The notes under the pieces: generated by a model
The model's input: the letters and a program-made list of their open reading frames with translations, nothing else
Told to the model about the DNA's origin: nothing
Databases searched by the model: none
Made by a program: the position numbers and the translations under genes
DNA from: an uncultured Alphaproteobacteria bacterium
GTDB lineage: Bacteria > Pseudomonadota > Alphaproteobacteria > Methylaequorales > Methylaequoraceae
Length of the DNA: 64,000 bases
Direction of reading: 5' to 3'
Assembly (NCBI GenBank): GCA_902540805.1
Contig: CACBON010000004.1
Location: forward strand, 25,320-89,319
Shown here: in pieces, positions 57,803 through 64,000 of the stretch
How positions within the stretch are numbered: position 1 is the first letter of the stretch
Layout: each line of letters starts with the position of its first letter

Positions 57803-59003
57803 TTATTCCTGATAAAATAATATTCGTTAATTCTCTTATTGCTCCATTACCCCCATTCTGGGTTAAAACGTGATCAACTTTTTCCTTAATTAAACTCTCT
57901 GCGTCATTCGGACAAAAACTTGTTCCCACTTTTTGTATACATTCAATATCGTTAATATCATTACCTATAAAAAAAACTTCTTTATATTTGAGCTTATTAT
58001 TTTTTAACCAACAATCTAGGGTTTCAATCTTACTCCCTTTAGTCTGTATACATTCAATATTTAATTTTTCTGCTCTTTTTTTTACTATTTTATTTTGTTC
58101 GTTTGAAAGAATTAATAACTTGATCATTAGATTTTCTTTTAATTGCTTTAACCCCATGCCGTCGCTTCTTGAACATAAAACTAACTCATTTCCATTAGAA
58201 TCTAAGTAAACTTTATTATTAGTATGTACGCCATCAAAATCCATAATTAATGCTTTTGGTTTGCTAATTTTTTTTTTTTTTACAATAATATTTTTTAGAT
58301 AAATTTCTGCTAAATCTGCATCTTGATAATCATTTATATCCAACACCTTTTTTTTTTCAATTAAAAAGGGCTCACATTTTCCACAAAAACGATATTTCTC
58401 TTTCAAAAAACTTTTTGTTCTCATAATATAAATAGAACCAGCTTCTAAAAATTCCGTTGACCTTTTTTGTCTCATTAAACGCTTTCTATGATTATGATTT
58501 ATTCCTATAAATTGTTTGTTCTTCTTTTTCCAAATAAATCCATCGAAAGTTGTGCATGCAAATGTTGAATCAAGCTTATTATCATTTAAATATTCAATAC
58601 CTTTCTCAATATCAGAAAATGATATTAGTGGTGAAGTGCATTGTAAAAAAACAATAATTTCCGGTAAAACATTTTTTTCATTATAATATTCAAGTGTATG
58701 AAGAATTGCACTTTCAGATGATGAGTCATCACCACTGATTTCTTTGGGTCTGTCAACGACATCCACAAAAAATTTTTTTGCAAATTTTTTTATTTTATAA
58801 TAATCGGTTGAAACAACTACTTTATCTACTGATTTAACTTTTTTTGATTCTTCTAACATCCATTGCAATAATGGTTTTTTATTTACAATATGAAGATTTT
58901 TGTTTTTAATTGATTTTGATCCGCCCCTTGCGGGAATTATAATAAAAATACTATTTTTTTTATCAATATATTTTCTCTGTTTTTTATCTTTTTTTAATCT
59001 CAT
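57795..59003 (-). CDS. neuA: Bifunctional CMP-nonulosonate synthetase (NeuA-like) / KdsC-type HAD phosphatase fusion
   Basis: N-terminal IIPARGGSKSIKNKN cytidylyltransferase motif. The C-terminal ~160 aa carry MDFDGVHTNN...RSDGMGL...GNDINDIECIQ...GGNGAIRE, collinear with KdsC/YrbI phosphatases. Confidence 0.85.
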   Translation of the reverse strand: MRLKKDKKQRKYIDKKNSIFIIIPARGGSKSIKNKNLHIVNKKPLLQWMLEESKKVKSVDKVVVSTDYYKIKKFAKKFFVDVVDRPKEISGDDSSSESAILHTLEYYNEKNVLPEIIVFLQCTSPLISFSDIEKGIEYLNDNKLDSTFACTTFDGFIWKKKNKQFIGINHNHRKRLMRQKRSTEFLEAGSIYIMRTKSFLKEKYRFCGKCEPFLIEKKKVLDINDYQDADLAEIYLKNIIVKKKKISKPKALIMDFDGVHTNNKVYLDSNGNELVLCSRSDGMGLKQLKENLMIKLLILSNEQNKIVKKRAEKLNIECIQTKGSKIETLDCWLKNNKLKYKEVFFIGNDINDIECIQKVGTSFCPNDAESLIKEKVDHVLTQNGGNGAIRELTNIILSGIND

Positions 59004-59029
59004 AATAATTAATATTTATTTAAAAAAAA

Positions 59030-60364
59030 TTATTTTTTTTTTGTATATATGTAATCAGAAACTGTATTTACTATAAAATCAAGCATCTTAGTTTCTAAAC
59101 CTGGGAAAACTCCTAACCAAAATGTATCAAACAAGATTTTTTCTGTATTTCTCAATGTTCCTGCAACTCTGTATTTTTGTTCATTCATATATGGTTGCTT
59201 TATAACATTTCCTGCAAATAAAAGCCTTGAATGAATTTTTTTCTGTTCTAAAAACCTAATTAATTCGTTTCTATTAAAATATTTATTTTCTCTAATCGTT
59301 ATTGGAAAACCAAACCATGATGGTTCCGAATTTTTTGTTTCTTCCGGTAATATAAAAAATTCCTCTAGCTTTCTAAATTTTTTTAATAAGTAATTGAAAT
59401 TATAATTTCTTTTTTTTATAAAATAAGATAGTTTCTTCAATTGTCCTAAACCACATGCAGCTTGCATATCTGTGATTTTTAGGTTAAAGCCTAGATTAGA
59501 ATAAATATATTTGTGATCATAACCTTCTGGAAGATTCCCAAGTTTCCAACAAAATCTTCTTCCACATGAGTTATCCTTACCTGGCGCACAGAAACAATCT
59601 CTACCCCAATCTCTTATCGATTCTGCTATCTTTTTTAATTTGAAATTATTTGAAAAAACTGCTCCTCCTTCTCCCATCGTAATGTGGTGTGCTGGATAAA
59701 AACTTAAAGTACCAAAATCACCAAAAGTACCAACATTTTGACCATTAAACTTTGAGCCAAGTGCATCACAAGAATCTTCGATCAGCCATAAATTATATTT
59801 TTTGCAAATTTTCATAACTGCACTTAAATTAAATGGATTTCCAAGAGTATGGGCAAGCATTATTGCCTTTGTTTTTTTTGTAATTGCACTTTCAATTCTT
59901 TCTTCATCAATATTATAATTACCCATTTTGACATCCACAAAAACAGGAATTGCTTTATACAAAAGTATTGGATTAATTGTTGTAGGAAATCCTGCGGCAA
60001 CTGTGATGACCTCGTCTCCTGGTTTGATGGCTTTTGAACCAAGTCTGGGCGAAGTAAGACTAGCGAAAGCAATTAAATTAGCAGAAGATCCGGAATTCAC
60101 AGTAATTAAAGAGCGGGTCTTTAAAAATTTTGATAATTCCTTTTCAAATTCAAAATTAAATCGTCCAGTGGTTAAATGACCATCTAAAGCAGCATCAACC
60201 ATATTTACGATTTCTTCATGATCCAACACTTTGCCTGAAACTAGAACTTGATCAAGTCCAGGAGTAAATTTTTTTTTTGAGTATTTTATATTCGAGTAGT
60301 GAATAACTAAATCTGAAATTTTTTTTCTAATGTCGTTTAAATGTTCCATAACTACTCTAGACAA
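59030..60364 (-). CDS. rfbH: CDP-6-deoxy-L-threo-D-glycero-4-hexulose-3-dehydrase (E1, PMP- and [2Fe-2S]-dependent)
   Basis: DegT-family fold with His-His in place of the Schiff-base Lys (FYPAHHITMGEGG). My residue count from the translation gives an exact C-X57-C-X1-C-X7-C cysteine spacing (EDSC...RDCFCAPGKDNSC). Confidence 0.9.
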   Translation of the reverse strand: MSRVVMEHLNDIRKKISDLVIHYSNIKYSKKKFTPGLDQVLVSGKVLDHEEIVNMVDAALDGHLTTGRFNFEFEKELSKFLKTRSLITVNSGSSANLIAFASLTSPRLGSKAIKPGDEVITVAAGFPTTINPILLYKAIPVFVDVKMGNYNIDEERIESAITKKTKAIMLAHTLGNPFNLSAVMKICKKYNLWLIEDSCDALGSKFNGQNVGTFGDFGTLSFYPAHHITMGEGGAVFSNNFKLKKIAESIRDWGRDCFCAPGKDNSCGRRFCWKLGNLPEGYDHKYIYSNLGFNLKITDMQAACGLGQLKKLSYFIKKRNYNFNYLLKKFRKLEEFFILPEETKNSEPSWFGFPITIRENKYFNRNELIRFLEQKKIHSRLLFAGNVIKQPYMNEQKYRVAGTLRNTEKILFDTFWLGVFPGLETKMLDFIVNTVSDYIYTKKK

Positions 60365-61509
60365 ATTTGAGATGGAAAGTTTGGAATTGCAATGACATTT
60401 GTTAAACTGTCAAATAGATTGGTTCTAATTTCCTCTGAAAAATTATTAGATACATATACCTGTAAATAGTTAATGCACATAGTTACTTTTAAGGTTAAAT
60501 CTTTTCTATCATTAACATTTTTGAGAAAATTTTCTGCTTTCAGTAATCTACATAAATTATTTGAAAGAATTTGTATATGATTGTTGATATCGTTGATGTC
60601 CGATCTAGAACGAATGTATTGAGGTAACCTTTTAAAAGTAAGAAAAATCAAATGATCCCACAGAAAATATGCATGATATCTAAAAAAAGTGAGATTTAAG
60701 CTATTTGGTTCAAGAATTTTTTGATTTATTAGATTTTCAATATCATCAATTACATGGAAATATCGCCATAACATGTTTTCTTCTTCCCATCTTTTTTGTG
60801 TTTCTATTGTCTGAAGTTTATCTTGAGTTTCAACTAAACCAAAATCATAAAATAATCCGTTTTTATCGTGTGTGTATTTTAGAATTGATGCTGAATGAGG
60901 ATATGCTGAAGTTATTGCGTCATCAAAATTCTGATATTGTGTAGTAATAGATTGACTGATATCATCAAAAACCTTTTGAAAAGTTTGTTTTTTTAAAATT
61001 ATACTAGAAATCCAACCCAACATTTCATGATAGCCAAATTTGTTACAAAGATTAAAAACTTTATCGATGAATACTTTGGATGTATTTCTCGATCTTCTTT
61101 TTTCACAAGCACAGAAGAATTCTAAATCATTAATATTATTTTCCTTCAAGCATTCATAAACCTTTTGAAGAGAATTCTTTTCTGATAATTTATCATCATC
61201 TCCCATAAACCAAACCCATTCAATGTCTGATGATATAATTTTATTAAGATAAAATATATTTGGTTTGATAGTTTGATCCTCAGGTCTATTATAAACTTTC
61301 AAGTTATATCTTTTTTGAACTTCTTCTTCTAAAAATTCACTTGTTCCGTCGGTAGAAGCAATATTTGAAATAAATAAAGATAAATCTAAGTTTTTCGAGA
61401 AGATTTGTTTATCAATCGAATTCAATAAAACTTTAAGTTTTTCTAATCTGTTATAGGTAGGAATCGCAATTCCAAGTTTTAATTTCTCCACTTTTCTCTT
61501 TTCCATCAA
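60352..61509 (-). CDS. Glycosyltransferase family 2 with uncharacterised C-terminal half
   Basis: GIAIPTYNRLEKLKVLLNSI, ASTDGTSEF and WFMGDDDKL are GT-A/GT2 hallmarks. The last ~200 aa resemble nothing I recognise. Confidence 0.75.
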   Translation of the reverse strand: MMEKRKVEKLKLGIAIPTYNRLEKLKVLLNSIDKQIFSKNLDLSLFISNIASTDGTSEFLEEEVQKRYNLKVYNRPEDQTIKPNIFYLNKIISSDIEWVWFMGDDDKLSEKNSLQKVYECLKENNINDLEFFCACEKRRSRNTSKVFIDKVFNLCNKFGYHEMLGWISSIILKKQTFQKVFDDISQSITTQYQNFDDAITSAYPHSASILKYTHDKNGLFYDFGLVETQDKLQTIETQKRWEEENMLWRYFHVIDDIENLINQKILEPNSLNLTFFRYHAYFLWDHLIFLTFKRLPQYIRSRSDINDINNHIQILSNNLCRLLKAENFLKNVNDRKDLTLKVTMCINYLQVYVSNNFSEEIRTNLFDSLTNVIAIPNFPSQICLE

Positions 61510-61614
61510 AAATTCTTATAGATGTACAGCAAATGTTATGCCACACTAAATAAAAACGCTAGGTGTGATTCTATTTTATTTTTTAATATTTACTTTTTTA
61601 AATCTTGAATAAAA

Positions 61615-63255
61615 TTAAAGTTCATTGGCCAAGCAATTAATAATACTTTTCCAATCTCCATTTTTATCTTGTCTGATTAGTTCTACAGATTTATACCATT
61701 CTGTTTTCTTTTCTTTTAATCCCCATCTCCAATCAGGAACTTTAGAAATTAAAATTTTAGTTGGGACTCCTAGTGCACCGGATATATGAGCTAGAGATGT
61801 GTCTACAGTAATTACTTTGTCTAATCTTGAAACAATGATAGCTGTGTCTATCCAATTTTTTATAAGATTATCGCATAATAAAACATTACTAAATTTTTTA
61901 AGAAAATTACTATCTTTACTGGAGACTTCCTTGTCTATTATTAAGAAAGTAATTTTTTTATTTTTAAAAAGTTTACTAAATAATTTTAAATTTATTGACC
62001 GTGACTCATCATAAAGATGTTTTTTATTACCTTTCCAGGATACCCCGACTACTTTCCCGTCTGATTTTAATTTCTTCAATTTATTAATAAGGGTAACTTT
62101 ATTTTTTTCTAATTTTTTAAAATTAAATTTGTTAGGTGCAGGAGGTTTATTTACAGTATCTAAAATATAAGGCAAATTGAGTGCAATTGTTTTTAAATCA
62201 AAATTTGCTATTTCTTTGTAATTAATTTTTTTTAAAAATCTTATTTTTTCGCTTCCTAATAAGCATTTAAGAAGAGGAATCATAGAATCTTGTGATACAA
62301 TAGTTGTAATAGAATGTCCCATTTTTTGTAAATATGGTAAGTATCTGAAAAAATTAATAATATCACCAAAACCCTGTTCCATGAAAACCAAAATATTATA
62401 TGACTTTTTTGAAGTAATATGAAACTTACTAAGATCTTCTAAATTCTGTATTGCTTTTAGAGGATTGTTATCATTACTTATTTTTTCTGTGTCGATTAGA
62501 TTATATAAATTTATTCTTTTTGATAAATTAATGTGATTATATAATTCATATCCCTCGAGTTTTTTACCGATTCTTAGATAAAAAACAGCCAAATCAGTCA
62601 TTATTTCATTATCATTTGGGTATAGTTCCATTGCCCTTTTGTAAATTTCTAAAGTTTCTTTATGCATTGACTTCTCTTGAAATAATAATGCAGAGAGCAT
62701 AAAGCATCGTTTGTGATCAAAGTTAATTTTTTGAGCAGTTGATAAACACAACTCTGCCATTTGTAAATTTCTTAAAGTAAAATAACAAAAAGCTAAGTCC
62801 AACCAAAAAGAACAATTATGTGGACTCTTATCAACTGATCTTTCAAAAATTTTTAATGCTTTAAATTTTTCTCCTTTGAAAAGAAGAATTTTTCCATATA
62901 GGTTTAAAAATAGTGAGTCTCGTGGATGATGTTTTAGTGCATTTTTAATAGTTTTTTCAATTTTAAATTCTAAATTTAATTTTATCAGTATCTGAATATA
63001 AAAAAGATAAGCCGAATGATATTCTGGTTGTTTATTTATAATATACTCTAGTCTTTTAATAGAACTTATAAGATTGCCGCTTGATAAATCATGTGATGCC
63101 ATCATTAGATTGCCAACATCATATTTATTTTTTTTTTTGTACTTATCGTAATAATAAAAATCTCCCTGCATTTTTACTGAGTCAAAATTTGATTTATCTT
63201 TTATGGAATTTGCAAAGTTAGAAATAATTTCAGAGTGAGAGATGTTCGATTCCAT
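61615..63255 (-). CDS. TPR-repeat protein fused to a glycosyltransferase family 9-like domain (paralog of 46057..47358)
   Basis: ~270 aa of TPR repeats, then FMEQGFGDIINFFRY, VGVSWKG and VDTSLAHISGALGVP motifs. Its C-terminal block DWRWG...WYKSV is collinear with DPRWN...LYKCV of the other copy. Confidence 0.6.
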   Translation of the reverse strand: MESNISHSEIISNFANSIKDKSNFDSVKMQGDFYYYDKYKKKNKYDVGNLMMASHDLSSGNLISSIKRLEYIINKQPEYHSAYLFYIQILIKLNLEFKIEKTIKNALKHHPRDSLFLNLYGKILLFKGEKFKALKIFERSVDKSPHNCSFWLDLAFCYFTLRNLQMAELCLSTAQKINFDHKRCFMLSALLFQEKSMHKETLEIYKRAMELYPNDNEIMTDLAVFYLRIGKKLEGYELYNHINLSKRINLYNLIDTEKISNDNNPLKAIQNLEDLSKFHITSKKSYNILVFMEQGFGDIINFFRYLPYLQKMGHSITTIVSQDSMIPLLKCLLGSEKIRFLKKINYKEIANFDLKTIALNLPYILDTVNKPPAPNKFNFKKLEKNKVTLINKLKKLKSDGKVVGVSWKGNKKHLYDESRSINLKLFSKLFKNKKITFLIIDKEVSSKDSNFLKKFSNVLLCDNLIKNWIDTAIIVSRLDKVITVDTSLAHISGALGVPTKILISKVPDWRWGLKEKKTEWYKSVELIRQDKNGDWKSIINCLANEL

Positions 63256-63354
63256 TTATTTATTATTTAGTTGTATTAATATGATAAAAATAAATACAAA
63301 TTTCATGCCAGTTTTAAATAAAATTTGTATTGTATTAAATAGATGATTAATAAA

Positions 63355-64000
63355 TCAAAATTTGGATCTAGCCTGCTCCACCTTGGACGCTACTAAGCTT
63401 AAAAGCAAATAATAGCTTCCTTGCCACCACCCAAGCCAAAAAGAAAAGTTTACAAGAGAAGACCCCCAAAAATAAGCATTTAAGAATATAAGAAATATTT
63501 TTGATTCTAGTGAATTACAAAGTTTCAAAACTCTTATATTTATAATTAAAATGAATAAAATAAACAAAGATGACCCGATTGTACCTGTTTCTAAAATCAA
63601 CTCCACAATAAAGTTATGCGGATGACTTGGAATAAAGTTCATATCACCAGTATTGTAATCATTGTTTTTTAAACCAATTTCTCGTTGACTTCCTTCAATG
63701 AAATTTGACGTGTCAGGACCATAACCAAACAAAAATTTATTTTTGATTTTTTCAATTGAGAATCCCCATATAAACTGACGATGTATGTCAACGATTTGTG
63801 GTGAAATAGAGTGTTGAAAATTATCAATGGAAATCCTGTCAAACTTTTGAGGCAGTTGTTTGGAAAAAATAATTAATAAAGGAGTTATCAAAACAATAAA
63901 AATTATTAATACGGATAAGTTAATAGATATATTCTTCAAAAATTTTCTTAAGATAAAAAAAATAAAACAGATAAAAATCCCGCTTATTACACCAAGAATT
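63355..64000 (-). CDS. O-antigen ligase/polymerase (Wzy_C-domain) family membrane protein, C-terminal part (ORF open to window edge)
   Basis: GYGPDTSNF...IPSHPHNFIVELILETGTIGS loop and helix are typical of the O-antigen ligase family. By my manual reading the frame stays open upstream of the annotated start to position 64000, but that reading was 1 nt out of register with the supplied ORF track beyond ~63900. The gene probably begins outside the window. Confidence 0.55.
   Translation of the reverse strand, partial: ILGVISGIFICFIFFILRKFLKNISINLSVLIIFIVLITPLLIIFSKQLPQKFDRISIDNFQHSISPQIVDIHRQFIWGFSIEKIKNKFLFGYGPDTSNFIEGSQREIGLKNNDYNTGDMNFIPSHPHNFIVELILETGTIGSSLFILFILIINIRVLKLCNSLESKIFLIFLNAYFWGSSLVNFSFWLGWWQGSYYLLLSLVASKVEQARSKF

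Noticed and set aside
58268-58281. 14-nt homopolymer (A14 on the coding strand) exactly at the NeuA/HAD domain junction, considered as a slipped-strand phase-variation or domain-uncoupling switch
   Set aside because: Equally long tracts occur in core genes (T14 at 12652..12665 in queA; A13 at 24422..24434 in dksA). The tract is therefore more likely a by-product of Lys-rich linkers in an AT-rich genome. Population sequencing of tract length would be needed to revive the idea.
59849-60179. Three overlapping ORFs (59849..60037, 59860..60072, 59928..60179) inside rfbH
   Set aside because: The rfbH reading frame is validated by exact catalytic and Fe-S motifs. The nested ORFs have no features.
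1-64000. CRISPR arrays, transposases, integrases, prophage genes, rRNA and toxin-antitoxin pairs
   Set aside because: I saw no spaced direct repeats, no DDE, tyrosine or serine recombinase motifs, and no phage structural genes on either strand. The only RNA gene found is tRNA-Leu.

Overview
The window is very AT-rich and extremely tightly packed. Many genes overlap by 1-20 nt, including convergent pairs. Gene content and style fit a streamlined marine alphaproteobacterium of the SAR11 / Candidatus Pelagibacter type; this is an inference from composition and content, not a search result. Positions 1-41199 are core genome: purQ(partial)-purS-purC-purB, map, tRNA-Leu(UAA), all seven queuosine genes in one block (queG, queCED, queF-tgt-queA), argE, nadK, a formate-oxidation module (moaA, fdhD, mobA, MFS transporter, fdsA, fused fdsG/B), gmhB, dksA, recA with an alphaproteobacterial SOS box, alaS, icd, psd-pssA, an RND pump, rlmE and guaB-guaA. 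From 41196 to the right edge the content switches to an accessory island for modifying the cell surface. It holds several methyltransferases and a FliB-like protein-lysine methylase divergently paired with an unknown Rossmann (GxGxxG) protein. It also holds two paralogous TPR/GT9-like transferases and a CDP-3,6-dideoxyhexose pathway (rfbF, rfbG, rfbH with an exact C-X57-C-X1-C-X7-C motif). A YerE-like ThDP enzyme, a radical SAM/SPASM enzyme, a NeuB plus NeuA-phosphatase fusion, a GT2 and a partial O-antigen-ligase-like gene complete it. I found no CRISPR array, transposase, integrase or rRNA. The best candidates for undescribed biology are the flagellin-type protein-modification toolkit in a lineage inferred to lack flagella, the predicted branched-chain dideoxy sugar route, and the rSAM/SPASM enzyme inside the sugar cluster.
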